Shown: piece by piece, positions 51,781 to 62,064 of the stretch | Numbering within the stretch: the stretch's first letter is position 1 | Layout of the letters: each line of letters opens with the position of its first letter | From: Nitrospinales bacterium | GTDB lineage: Bacteria > Nitrospinota > Nitrospinia > Nitrospinales > VA-1 | Direction of reading: 5' to 3' | Assembly (NCBI GenBank): GCA_965223795.1 | Contig: CBDCXL010000002.1 | Span: forward strand, 2,176,001-2,240,000 | Length of the DNA: 64,000 nt | Translations under genes and position numbers: made by a program | The notes under the pieces: generated by a model | Seen by the model: only the letters and a program-made list of their open reading frames with translations | The model's database searches: none | What the model was told of the DNA's origin: nothing

Positions 51781-52521
51781 ATGAAACAGCGCCTGCATAA
51801 AATCATCGCCGAGGCGGGGCTGGCCTCGCGCCGGGAAGCGGAACGGTGGATTGCGGAAGGTAAAATCCGGGTCAACAACCAGGTGGTCGATCAGCCTGGA
51901 ACGCTCGCCGACCCCGCCGTCGATAAAATCAAAATCAAGGGGAAGCTGCTTCCTCCTCCGAGCAAGAAAGCCTACCTCATTTTAAACAAGCCACCAAGCT
52001 GCCTCACCACGACGGCCAAGGACGCGCGCGGACGCAAAACAGTGATGGACTTCGTCGCCAAGGTGCCGGTGCGGGTGTTCCCGGTGGGAAGGCTGGATTA
52101 CAACACGCAGGGAGTGCTGCTGTTCACCAACGACGGCAGCCTGTCGCGCAAACTTCTCGATCCCAGGTCCGGTGTCGAGCGCGTCTACCAGGTGCGGGTG
52201 CGCGGGGTGCCGGATGAAAAGTCGCTGCGCAAACTGAAACGCGGCGTGCGGCTCGACGACAAGCCGACCGCTCCCATCGACGCGACGATCCAGCGCATCA
52301 CCGGGAAGAACGCGGTGTTGACCATGAAGCTGGTTGAAGGCAAATACCGGCACATCAAACGCGTGTGCGAAAAGATCGGCTATCCCGCGATCAAACTGAA
52401 ACGCACGCATTTTGCGCATCTGAATCTTTCGGGACTGCCGCTGGGCAGCTGCCGGTTTTTGACGCCGAGAGAGATCAAGTCTCTGCACGCCTGCGTCGCG
52501 CCGCGGCCGCGGGCTTCCTGA
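51781..52521 (+). CDS. rluB: RsuA/RluB-family pseudouridine synthase
   Basis: RLHKIIA..SRREAE, PVGRLDYNTQG; follows scpB. Confidence 0.85.
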   Translation: MKQRLHKIIAEAGLASRREAERWIAEGKIRVNNQVVDQPGTLADPAVDKIKIKGKLLPPPSKKAYLILNKPPSCLTTTAKDARGRKTVMDFVAKVPVRVFPVGRLDYNTQGVLLFTNDGSLSRKLLDPRSGVERVYQVRVRGVPDEKSLRKLKRGVRLDDKPTAPIDATIQRITGKNAVLTMKLVEGKYRHIKRVCEKIGYPAIKLKRTHFAHLNLSGLPLGSCRFLTPREIKSLHACVAPRPRAS

Positions 52522-52613
52522 AGCAGGCGGGACGGGTGCTGCCTCCGGCGTGTGCGGCCGGTTCGCGCAGAAGCCGGGAGTTTGATTTTTATTCAACAGT
52601 CAGGACGATCTGC

Positions 52614-53594
52614 ATGAAACGTTTTTTGTGGATGTTTGTGTTCGCCATCATGGGCGCTGCTTTTTTGGGAGCAGCGGCTCCGGCCGCAGCGGAAGGACCG
52701 CTCTCGCTGACGCACGAAGCGAGCGCGAAGGTTCCGGTCAAGAACAACAATTTCGTGGTCGCGCGCAACCGGGCGGTCTCCATCGCGCTGGGAACGGCGG
52801 TGGAAGAAGCGTTCAAGGAGATGATGGGCGAGCAGAAATTCGAAGCGAGCCGCAAGGATCTCAAGCCGTTTTTGAAGCGTCCCGATCGTTATGTGCAGAG
52901 TTACCGTTTCCTGGAGGCGTTCGACGATCCTCTGGAGAAGACCAGTGAAGTGTCGCTGGAAGTGACCCTGTTTCCCAATGCGGTGGGGCAGTCTCTCGGC
53001 CAGCTGGGCGTTCCGGTGGGACACGAAAGCGCGAAGAACGTCATCGTGCTGATCCAGGAGAAAAGTTTCACCTCCGAGGCGCAGGATTCGTTCTGGGAAG
53101 TGGTTCCCATCTCGGAGACGGCGCTGATCCAGAATCTGAGGGAAGCGGGCGTGCCGGTGCTGCCGCGCGAAAGGGTGCAGAACGCGGTGTCCGAGGAAAC
53201 CGTGCTGAGCGCGGTGCAGGGCAACATGGACGACGCGGTGAACGTCGGGTTGAAATCGGGCGCGGACATCGTGGTGCTCGGCAACGCCGCTTCCACGCAG
53301 AGACCGCTGGGCGGCGGCCGCGAGATGGATGCGATCCAGACCAGCATCAGCGTGCGGGCCATCTCCGCCCTGACCTCCACGGTGATCGCGGCGAAGAGCG
53401 ACTTCGCCTCGGCGGAGCATGAAGATCCTCTGGCCGGCGAACTGGAAGCGTTCGGCAAAGTCAGCGACCAGATCGCGGCGTTTCTCCTGCCTTCGATCCG
53501 CCGCTACTGGGAACGGGGCGCCGCTCCCCAGCCACCCGTCACGGCGGCGCCGCGGACCACAACGGCCCCGCCGCTGCCGATGAACGACCTTTGA
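52614..53594 (+). CDS. Hypothetical exported protein (FlgT-N/DUF2066-like)
   Basis: Signal peptide; ARNRAV..AVEEA N-terminal domain; ADIVVLG domain. Confidence 0.7.
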   Translation: MKRFLWMFVFAIMGAAFLGAAAPAAAEGPLSLTHEASAKVPVKNNNFVVARNRAVSIALGTAVEEAFKEMMGEQKFEASRKDLKPFLKRPDRYVQSYRFLEAFDDPLEKTSEVSLEVTLFPNAVGQSLGQLGVPVGHESAKNVIVLIQEKSFTSEAQDSFWEVVPISETALIQNLREAGVPVLPRERVQNAVSEETVLSAVQGNMDDAVNVGLKSGADIVVLGNAASTQRPLGGGREMDAIQTSISVRAISALTSTVIAAKSDFASAEHEDPLAGELEAFGKVSDQIAAFLLPSIRRYWERGAAPQPPVTAAPRTTTAPPLPMNDL

Positions 53595-53599
53595 CCCCC

Positions 53600-54670
53600 A
53601 TGGCCCAGGACAACAGCAACAGAACGCTTTGGATCGGTATCGCGGTTGCGGTGTTCGCGATTTTGTTTCTTTATCTCGCCCGCCACGTCGCCATTCCTTT
53701 TTTCATCGCCTTCGCGCTGGCTTACCTGATGGACCCGGTCGTCGACAAGATGGAATCGTGGAATATCTCGCGCACGGTTTCGGTGGTGATTCTCTTGCTG
53801 GTGTTCTTTTCGATCTGCCTCGGCGCGGGGCTCCTGCTGTTTCCGGTGCTGCAGCTGCAGGCGGAGAACCTGGCGAAGAACCTGCCCAAATACATCCAGG
53901 TGGTGCAGGACTGGCTCAAGCCGTTTCTGGAGCGGTTCGCGGGGATGGACCACACCAAAATCCAGGAGTTCCTCAACGAGGGGCTGGCGAAGTTCGGTGA
54001 GCTACCCCTTAAGATTCTGGGCTTCACTTCCAAGTTTCTCTGGGATTCGGTTTCCAACCTGTTCAGCGTTTTCCTTATGGTGTTCAATCTGGTCATCATC
54101 CCGGTGGCGATGTTTTACCTGCTGCGCGATTTCGACATCATCAACGCCAAGCTGCTGGGACTGGTGCCAGAGCGGCTGCGCGAAAAAACGCTCGACATTG
54201 TGGGCGACATCGACCGCGTGCTGGCGTCGTTCGTTCGCGGTCAGCTGATGGTGGCGCTGTCGATGGGGGGGCTGTACGCCCTGGGATTGTACTTCTGTCA
54301 GACGCCGCTGAGCCTTTCGATCGGCTTCGCCGCGGGGATCGCGAACCTGGTGCCGTATCTGGGGGTCATCGTCGGTTTCGTTCCCGCCGCGGTGCTGACC
54401 TACCTGCAGACCCAGGATTGGATGCTGCTGCTCGGCGTGGTGGGCGTGTTCGCCGCGGTGCAGACGCTGGAAGGCATGGTGCTGACGCCGCGCATACTCG
54501 GTGACAACGTCGGCCTGCACCCGGTGGCGGTGCTGTTCGCGGTGCTTCTGGGCGGCGACCTGTTCGGACTGGTGGGCATCATACTGGGAGTTCCCGTGGT
54601 GGCGGTGCTCAACGTCCTGTTGCGCCGGGGTATCCAGCGCTACAAGCAATCCCGGTTTTTTTCCGGCTGA
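53600..54670 (+). CDS. AI-2E family transporter (PerM-like)
   Basis: AYLMDP, FVRGQL, VPYLG, LTPRILG..GLHP. Confidence 0.92.
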   Translation: MAQDNSNRTLWIGIAVAVFAILFLYLARHVAIPFFIAFALAYLMDPVVDKMESWNISRTVSVVILLLVFFSICLGAGLLLFPVLQLQAENLAKNLPKYIQVVQDWLKPFLERFAGMDHTKIQEFLNEGLAKFGELPLKILGFTSKFLWDSVSNLFSVFLMVFNLVIIPVAMFYLLRDFDIINAKLLGLVPERLREKTLDIVGDIDRVLASFVRGQLMVALSMGGLYALGLYFCQTPLSLSIGFAAGIANLVPYLGVIVGFVPAAVLTYLQTQDWMLLLGVVGVFAAVQTLEGMVLTPRILGDNVGLHPVAVLFAVLLGGDLFGLVGIILGVPVVAVLNVLLRRGIQRYKQSRFFSG

Positions 54671-54724
54671 TCCCTTCCTCTTCGTTTTATTCAAAAAATA
54701 TCAATGATGTAGAGTGAATTGTCC

Positions 54725-54767
54725 TTGACCTGCCGTTTCACTTTCATTATATTTACTGTGATAGTAA
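54725..54767 (+). promoter_or_regulatory. Sigma70-like promoter with adjacent palindrome, upstream of the recombinase-like gene
   Basis: TTGACC(54725)-17 bp-TATATT(54748); TTACT-N5-AGTAA at 54753-54767. Confidence 0.5.
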
Positions 54768-54939
54768 CTGGGTTTGGCCGATTCACCTCAACACATTGAC
54801 ACGTCAAACCTTCCCGCGTTTTAAAAGCAACCCACGATCCTTCATCGGATCGTCCCGGTTTCCCCATGTTCCACCCATAGGCGCGGCCCCCCGTTCTCGT
54901 TTCGGCGCGCCGGCCGCCTTCCCTTCAGGAGACACCTTC

Positions 54940-55758
54940 ATGAACAGAATCGTTGCACATCCCCTGGCCACCACTCCCGTCATCCACGACATTCAAACCA
55001 AGCTGGAACGGAGCCGCTACAGCCCGCAGACCGTCAAAGCCTATTTGGGCCAATTGAAAATATTCTTCCGCGCGATCCATCCCAAGGACCCCAGGCAGGT
55101 CACGCAGGATGAGATCCGCAGCTATCTCGAACAGCTGGTGGCCTCCAACATGTCGCGTTCGACGGTGGACCAGGCGGTGAACGCGCTGGAGTTTTTCAGC
55201 CAGCTGGTGTTCGGCGCGCACCTGGACCTCACGGATTTCGAGCGGCCGCGCAAGAAAAAGGCGAACCCGGTGGTTCTGTCACTGGATGAAGTGAAGCAGA
55301 TCGCCGTCGCCGCGGAAAATCCCAAGCACCGGCTGATGATCGAACTGGCGTACACGGCGGGGTTGCGGGTTTCGGAGGTGGTGGAGGTGCGCATCAAGCA
55401 CATCGACCTCACGCAGCTCAAGTTGTTCGTTCCGGCTCAGGGGCAGGACGGCTGGGGACGCACGACGATCTTTTCCGCCAGCCTGAAAGACGCGCTGGCA
55501 CGCCAGATCGGCACCAAAGACGGCGAAGACCTGCTGTTTCCCAGCGAACGGGGCGGCGCGCTCACCACGCGCGCGGTGGCGAAGTTTTTCAAGTCGGCGC
55601 TCAAGTCTTCGGGCGTGGACAAAGCCGCGACGCCGCACTCGCTTCGGCATTCGTTTTCGGTGTTCATGCTGGAGCGGGGAACTGACCCGCATCTGATCCA
55701 GAACCTGCTGGGACTGCGCCGCATGTCGCCCGCGGCCATGCGCGCCGTGGCGCACTGA
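54940..55758 (+). CDS. Tyrosine recombinase-like protein (integron-integrase-type N-terminal domain) lacking the catalytic Tyr
   Basis: YSPQTVKAY, STVDQAVNALEFF, PVVLSLDEV, YTAGLRVSE, TPHSLRHSF, then LLGLRRMSPAAMRAVAH*; AGGAG SD. Confidence 0.85.
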   Translation: MNRIVAHPLATTPVIHDIQTKLERSRYSPQTVKAYLGQLKIFFRAIHPKDPRQVTQDEIRSYLEQLVASNMSRSTVDQAVNALEFFSQLVFGAHLDLTDFERPRKKKANPVVLSLDEVKQIAVAAENPKHRLMIELAYTAGLRVSEVVEVRIKHIDLTQLKLFVPAQGQDGWGRTTIFSASLKDALARQIGTKDGEDLLFPSERGGALTTRAVAKFFKSALKSSGVDKAATPHSLRHSFSVFMLERGTDPHLIQNLLGLRRMSPAAMRAVAH

Positions 55759-55764
55759 GTTGCT

Positions 55765-56832
<1,068 letters not shown>

Positions 56833-56835
56833 AAT

Positions 56836-57222
56836 CTAATCGTCGCAGTGGATTTCCAGGTGGTTGAAATCCGGGTCGTTGAAATATATCGATTCGCCGT
56901 TGCCGCGCTTCACCGGGCCGCTGTCGATGCGCACGTTCTTGGCGTTGAGTTCGTCGACGATGGACTGAAACCGCTGCTTGTCCGCCTTGAACGCCAGGTG
57001 CATGTATCCGGTTTCGCTCAACAGGCCGAGCGCCTCGCGCGTGTCGAGGTCTTTGGATTCGAACAGCGCGATCGCGCCGTTGCCGGTGTCGAGCATCAGG
57101 TGGCGCAGTCCTTTGGAGAACCGGTGCGTCACCGAAAAGCCCAGCACCCCGGTGTAGAATTGTTCCGCCCGGTCCAGATCGCGGACGTTGAGGGCGATGT
57201 GGTGAATGCCTTCAAGCTGCAT
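56836..57222 (-). CDS. VOC/glyoxalase family protein
   Basis: IHHIALNV, FYTGVLG, HLAF, YFNDPDFNHLE. Confidence 0.88.
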   Translation of the reverse strand: MQLEGIHHIALNVRDLDRAEQFYTGVLGFSVTHRFSKGLRHLMLDTGNGAIALFESKDLDTREALGLLSETGYMHLAFKADKQRFQSIVDELNAKNVRIDSGPVKRGNGESIYFNDPDFNHLEIHCDD

Positions 57223-57235
57223 GACAACTCCAGGG

Positions 57236-57601
57236 TCAGAGCGTGCCGTCGCCCGCGCCGAGGGAGGGCGCGTTGAGGCCGTCCACGCCGGTGTCCCCCA
57301 TGGGATCTTCATGGGTGATGACGAAAATGTGGTAGCCGAAGGTGGTTTTGACGGGGCCCTGAATCTGATGCACCGGAGCTTTTTGCGCCGCTTCGTACAG
57401 TTCCGGGGCGCTGGTGTGCACTTCCAGAACCCCGAGGTCGCCGCCCTTGTTGCGCGAACTGCAGGCGCTGTATTTTTTCGCCTGTTTGGCGAAACTTTTC
57501 ATCATGGTTTCGTAATCGTCGTAGGATTTGAAGTGCTCCAACAGCACGTTGGCGAGATCCTCGGTGGTCAAAACGATGTGGCTCAAATAAAGCGATCTCA
57601 T
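57236..57601 (-). CDS. Parvulin-type peptidyl-prolyl isomerase
   Basis: SHIVL, AKKYSACSS..GGDLG, GPVKTTFGYHI. Confidence 0.88.
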   Translation of the reverse strand: MRSLYLSHIVLTTEDLANVLLEHFKSYDDYETMMKSFAKQAKKYSACSSRNKGGDLGVLEVHTSAPELYEAAQKAPVHQIQGPVKTTFGYHIFVITHEDPMGDTGVDGLNAPSLGAGDGTL

Positions 57602-57735
57602 GATCCGATCTCTCAAAAATACAACCTATTAGACGCCGCTCTCCAGTTGCGGAAAGCACGGGTTTCGACGCTGGATGACTAACGATTGTAGCTTGTTTGG
57701 CGCAATTTACAAGGGGTATCGGGAGGGAGGCCGGG

Positions 57736-58536
57736 TCAGAGCAGGAAGCTCACCCCGCCCATGATGCGGGGGATCAGCTTCGGGCGCGCCAGGCGGCGGT
57801 CGTAGACGCCCAGGCGGCGGCGGTTTTCCTTGAGGCAGAGTTCCACGAACCCTTTGGGGGAGAGCGAGGATTTTTCGTGCTTGCGCGCCTGAATGGTGAA
57901 CGAGGAGCCGCCGACGTTTTTCAACTCCTTGAGGCGGCTCCAGGCCGCGAAAGCGTAGGCCCAGCAGGTGCGCAAATAATGCAACGGTTGCAGCAAGAGC
58001 GGCCGCTTGTAGCGCTGGTAGAGGATCCAGTTCTGGATGAAGAGGATGTGGCGCGCTTCTTCCTGGACGATCGGCTCCATCACTTCGATCAGTTCGCGCG
58101 GGTAGTCGTTGGTGGATTTGGAAATCTCAAGAAACCCGAACGCGAAAAACGAATCGATGCACTCGCCCGCTCCCGTATTCAGGAACACCTGCTCGAGATT
58201 GTCGGCCAGGGGGTTGTCGGGTTTTTCCTTAAAAGGGATGTTGTAGCGTTTTAGAAAATACTTGAGCAGTTCCGCATGGCGCTTCTCTTCATAGCCCTGC
58301 AGCGCCATCGCCTCCCTGAGCAACGGGTCTTTGATCTCTTCGGAGTAGGCTTCGAGTTTGCGGAACACCTGCCGTTCGGTGTGGACCGCGTGATCCCAGA
58401 TGGGAAAGCCCGCGAGCTTTTTGACGACGGATTCCTCAAGCTCCGGCCAAGGCAATTCCTCCGGCGTGAAGGGATTGTGCGTGTCGATGAAAAATTTGCA
58501 GAACAGTTCTTTGTGTTCTTCCGTTCCGTATCGCAT
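57736..58536 (-). CDS. Ferritin-like di-iron domain protein
   Basis: EEKRH and EEARH motifs, ECIDSFFAFG. Confidence 0.85.
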   Translation of the reverse strand: MRYGTEEHKELFCKFFIDTHNPFTPEELPWPELEESVVKKLAGFPIWDHAVHTERQVFRKLEAYSEEIKDPLLREAMALQGYEEKRHAELLKYFLKRYNIPFKEKPDNPLADNLEQVFLNTGAGECIDSFFAFGFLEISKSTNDYPRELIEVMEPIVQEEARHILFIQNWILYQRYKRPLLLQPLHYLRTCWAYAFAAWSRLKELKNVGGSSFTIQARKHEKSSLSPKGFVELCLKENRRRLGVYDRRLARPKLIPRIMGGVSFLL

Positions 58537-58661
58537 CGGAGTCTGAGAATTTAAGAGAAGCCGATAGAATTCGTCACCGTATTTTCAGCGATCTTTTATC
58601 ACAGCTCGGACGATGTTTTCAAAAATATTTTGCGCCCGGGACGTTTCGACGCGCGGTGACT

Positions 58662-60197
58662 TTATTTTTTGTGGAAATGGTTCTCGATGGCTTCGGCGAG
58701 CGCATCGACGGTGTAGGATTGCGGCAGGATGGCCACGTTGAGTCCCGCGTCGCGCGCGGTCTTTTCGGTGACCGGTCCGATGCAGGCGATGGCGACGTGT
58801 TTCAAGGCGTGTTTGCGTTCAGGCCCGATTTTTTCGAGAAAGTGGGTCACCGTCGAGGAGGAGGTGAACGTGACGACGTCGATGGTTTTTTCTTCCAGCC
58901 GTCTGGCGAAATCGTCGATCCGGTCCTTGGGGATCACGGTGCGGTAGGCCGGGGCCACGTCCACGTGCGCACCCAGGGAACGCAGGGTGTCGGGCAGGAT
59001 CTCGCGCGCCACGGCGGCGCGCGGCAGCAGGAAGCGCTTGTCTTTGAGCGACTCTTCCTTGAGCGCCGCGATCAGCGATTCGGCGACAAAATCACTGGGC
59101 ACCACGTCCACCCGGATACCCAGATCCAGCACCGCCTGTTCGGTTTTGGGACCGATGGTGTAGACCCTCTGACCATGCAGATCGCGGATGTCTTTTTTTC
59201 TTTCTTTCAGCCGCTGCATGAAATAGCGCACGCCGTTGACGCTGGTGAAGATGATGCCGTCGTAGCCGGTGAGCGCGTCCAGCGCCGCATCGAGCGGCTG
59301 CCAGGTTTCCGGCGGCAAGGTCTGGATGACGGGATAGGAATAGGCCTCGGCGCCTTTTTCCTGCAACGCCTCGATGAACGATTCGGACTGGTCCTCGGCG
59401 CGCGTGACGGCGATGGTTTTTCCGAACAGCGGCAGGTTTTCGTACCACTCGATGTGGGGTTTGTAGTTCGCCACCTCGCCGATGATGGTGAGCGCCGGCG
59501 GCTGGATGGTTTCCTGCGCCGCGATGTCCACGATGGTCTTGAGCGTGCCGGTCCAGGTTTTCTGGCGCGCGGTGGTGCCCCACTGGATCACCGCTACCGG
59601 CGTGTCGGGGTCTTTGCCGTAGCGCAGCAGGTTTTCGCTGATCCTGGACAGCTTGCGCGCGCCCATGAGAAACACCAGGGTGCCTGAGCGGCTGGCGATC
59701 TTTTCCCAGTCGATGCGCAGATCCCCCGTCTGCTTTTCGTTGCTGCCGGTGATGATGGAGATGGAGCTGGAAGCGTCGCGGTGCGTGAGGGGGATGCCGG
59801 CGTAGGCGGAGACGCCCATCGGCGAGGAGACGCCCGGCACGACGACGAAAGGGATGCCCGCCTGCTTGAGCTGCTGGGCTTCCTCGCCGCCGCGGCCGAA
59901 GATGAACGGGTCTCCACCCTTGAGGCGCACCACGGTCAAACCGGCGCGCGCCTTGTCCACGAGCAGCGCGTTGATTGCTTCCTGCTTGAGGACGGCGTAG
60001 CCGGCTTTTTTGCCGGCGTAAATCAGCTCGGCGGTGTCGGGCGCGAAGCGCAGCAGGTTGGGGCTGACCAGATGGTCGTACACGACGACGTCGGCGCGGC
60101 TCAGCCAGTGTTTTCCCGTCAGCGTCAAAAGCCCCGGGTCGCCCGGCCCCGCGCCCACAAGCGCGACGCGGCCTGTCTGGTTCGGCGTTTCAGTCAT
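58662..60197 (-). CDS. cobA: Fused uroporphyrinogen-III C-methyltransferase / uroporphyrinogen-III synthase (CobA-HemD)
   Basis: GAGPGDPGLLT, RLKGGDPFIFGRGGEE; HemD half FTSVNGV, FTSSST, CIGPVT. Confidence 0.95.
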   Translation of the reverse strand: MTETPNQTGRVALVGAGPGDPGLLTLTGKHWLSRADVVVYDHLVSPNLLRFAPDTAELIYAGKKAGYAVLKQEAINALLVDKARAGLTVVRLKGGDPFIFGRGGEEAQQLKQAGIPFVVVPGVSSPMGVSAYAGIPLTHRDASSSISIITGSNEKQTGDLRIDWEKIASRSGTLVFLMGARKLSRISENLLRYGKDPDTPVAVIQWGTTARQKTWTGTLKTIVDIAAQETIQPPALTIIGEVANYKPHIEWYENLPLFGKTIAVTRAEDQSESFIEALQEKGAEAYSYPVIQTLPPETWQPLDAALDALTGYDGIIFTSVNGVRYFMQRLKERKKDIRDLHGQRVYTIGPKTEQAVLDLGIRVDVVPSDFVAESLIAALKEESLKDKRFLLPRAAVAREILPDTLRSLGAHVDVAPAYRTVIPKDRIDDFARRLEEKTIDVVTFTSSSTVTHFLEKIGPERKHALKHVAIACIGPVTEKTARDAGLNVAILPQSYTVDALAEAIENHFHKK

Positions 60198-60975
60198 GCG
60201 GCTCCTGAAGATGGTTTGAAATCCTCGCGAAATCCGAAAGCGACAGGGTTTCGCCCCGGCGCGACAGATCGATGCCGGCCAATTGCGTTTTGCCGTTTTG
60301 CGTCTCGAAGCGATTCTGCCAGAGTTTCAAATTGTTCTTCAACATTTTCCGTTTGTGCAGGAAGGCGGCGCTCACCACTTTGAAAAAATTTTTTTCATCC
60401 TGGACCGCAACCTTGGGCCTGGCGAGCGGCGTCAGCTTCACCACCGAGGAAGCGATCTTGGGCTGCGGCGAAAATGCGGTTTTCGGCACTTCCAGCAGGC
60501 GCTCGGTATCGCAGTGATACTGGATGAACACCGAGAGGGAGCCGTATTCTTTCTGCGCCGGCGCCGCCGTGAAGCGGTCGACGACTTCCTTTTGCAGCAT
60601 GACGGTCAGGTCGCGGATGTGCGCGTGGTAGTGGATCAGCCGCTTCACGATGTGGGTCGCCGCGTAATAGGGCAGGTTGGACACCACCTTGATCCCGGTT
60701 CCGAGTTTGCTGTAATCGAACTTCACCGCATCGTCTTCGAGCAGCGTGAAATTGTCTTTTGCACCGAAGCGTTTTTTGAGCTGGGTGCAGAGTTTGGGGT
60801 CGACCTCGATCGCGATGACGCGCGCCGCGCGTTCGATCAAAAGTTCGGTCAGAATCCCCTTGCCGGGGCCGATTTCCAGAACCGTGTCCGCATCCGTGAT
60901 GCGCGCGGCCTGGACGATCCGGTGGGCGATGTCCGCGTCGATGAGAAAATTCTGTCCGAGCGCCCGTTTTTTCAT
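60190..60975 (-). CDS. rsmA: 16S rRNA dimethyladenosine transferase KsgA
   Basis: LGQNFL, EIGPGKG, SNLPY, MLQKEV; start MKKRAL. Confidence 0.95.
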   Translation of the reverse strand: MKKRALGQNFLIDADIAHRIVQAARITDADTVLEIGPGKGILTELLIERAARVIAIEVDPKLCTQLKKRFGAKDNFTLLEDDAVKFDYSKLGTGIKVVSNLPYYAATHIVKRLIHYHAHIRDLTVMLQKEVVDRFTAAPAQKEYGSLSVFIQYHCDTERLLEVPKTAFSPQPKIASSVVKLTPLARPKVAVQDEKNFFKVVSAAFLHKRKMLKNNLKLWQNRFETQNGKTQLAGIDLSRRGETLSLSDFARISNHLQEPHD

Positions 60976-61982
60976 CGCGGTAAGGCTGCGCTGCGGCAGA
61001 GCCTCGCGGCTTCGCGGATGGCGGACTTCAGGCTTTCGGGGGAGGCGCTGCCGGTGCCGGCGATGTCGTAGGCGGTGCCGTGGTCGACGGAGGTGCGGAT
61101 GATGGGCAGCCCCAGCGTGATGTTGACCGCCCGGCCCTTGGAATCCATCTTCACGGGGATCATGCCCTGGTCGTGGTACATGGCGACCACCGCGTCGTAG
61201 AGTTTTCCCGGCTCCCTGGCGAACAGGGAATCGGCCGAGTACGGACCGTGGGCGCGGATGCCCTCTTTGCGCACCGCTTCGAGAGCGGGCAGGATCGTCT
61301 GCGTCTCCTCGTCGCCGAAGATGCCGCCGTCGCCGCAATGCGGGTTGAGCCCGGTGACGGCGATCTCCGGTTGTCCGGTCACATGGGTTTTGAGCCAGCG
61401 GTGTGTCAGGCGCAGCGTGGTGGCCACACGCTCCACGTCGAGCAATGCGGGCACGGCGGCGAGCGCGGTGTGCGTGGTCACCAGCACCACACGCAGGGTC
61501 GGCCCCGCCAGCATGAGCGCGGATTCATTGCTGTCTGTCAACGCGGCCAGAAGCTCGGTATGACCGGGGTAGCGGTGGCCTGCGAGATGCAGGCTTTCCT
61601 TGTTGATGGGGGCGGTGGTGATGGCATCGACGTCGTGGTTCAATGCCAGACGCACGGCTTTTTCGATGCAGGCCACCGAGGCCTGACCGCCTTCCGCGGA
61701 AGCCTGTCCGCGAATCAGTGAAGGGGAAACGTTTTTGAGGTCGATGACATCGAGAGTGCCGGAGCGGGGCTGCGGATCGTTGGCGGCGGCAACGGAACGG
61801 AGCGTGAGTCCAGGTGCGAGCGAGGAGGCGATACGCGCGAGGAAGTCCCGATCGCCGATGACGACGGCGCGGCAGACCTCGCTCAGGGAGGCGTCGAGAA
61901 AGGCCTTGAGAATGATTTCAGGACCCACGCCAGCGGGGTCCCCCATCGTGATGGCAATGCGGGGCAACGGCTCCAAGATCAA
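60972..61982 (-). CDS. pdxA: 4-hydroxythreonine-4-phosphate dehydrogenase
   Basis: GDPAGVGPE, GHTE, GLNPH, MYHDQG, RTSVDHGTA. Confidence 0.96.
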   Translation of the reverse strand: MILEPLPRIAITMGDPAGVGPEIILKAFLDASLSEVCRAVVIGDRDFLARIASSLAPGLTLRSVAAANDPQPRSGTLDVIDLKNVSPSLIRGQASAEGGQASVACIEKAVRLALNHDVDAITTAPINKESLHLAGHRYPGHTELLAALTDSNESALMLAGPTLRVVLVTTHTALAAVPALLDVERVATTLRLTHRWLKTHVTGQPEIAVTGLNPHCGDGGIFGDEETQTILPALEAVRKEGIRAHGPYSADSLFAREPGKLYDAVVAMYHDQGMIPVKMDSKGRAVNITLGLPIIRTSVDHGTAYDIAGTGSASPESLKSAIREAARLCRSAALPR

Positions 61983-62064
61983 CTGTCCACGCCGGGGGGC
62001 TGGCGTCGACGAGCCCCATGATCGGTCACGGGGCTTAATTCGACGCCGATGGTGAAATCCCCGC

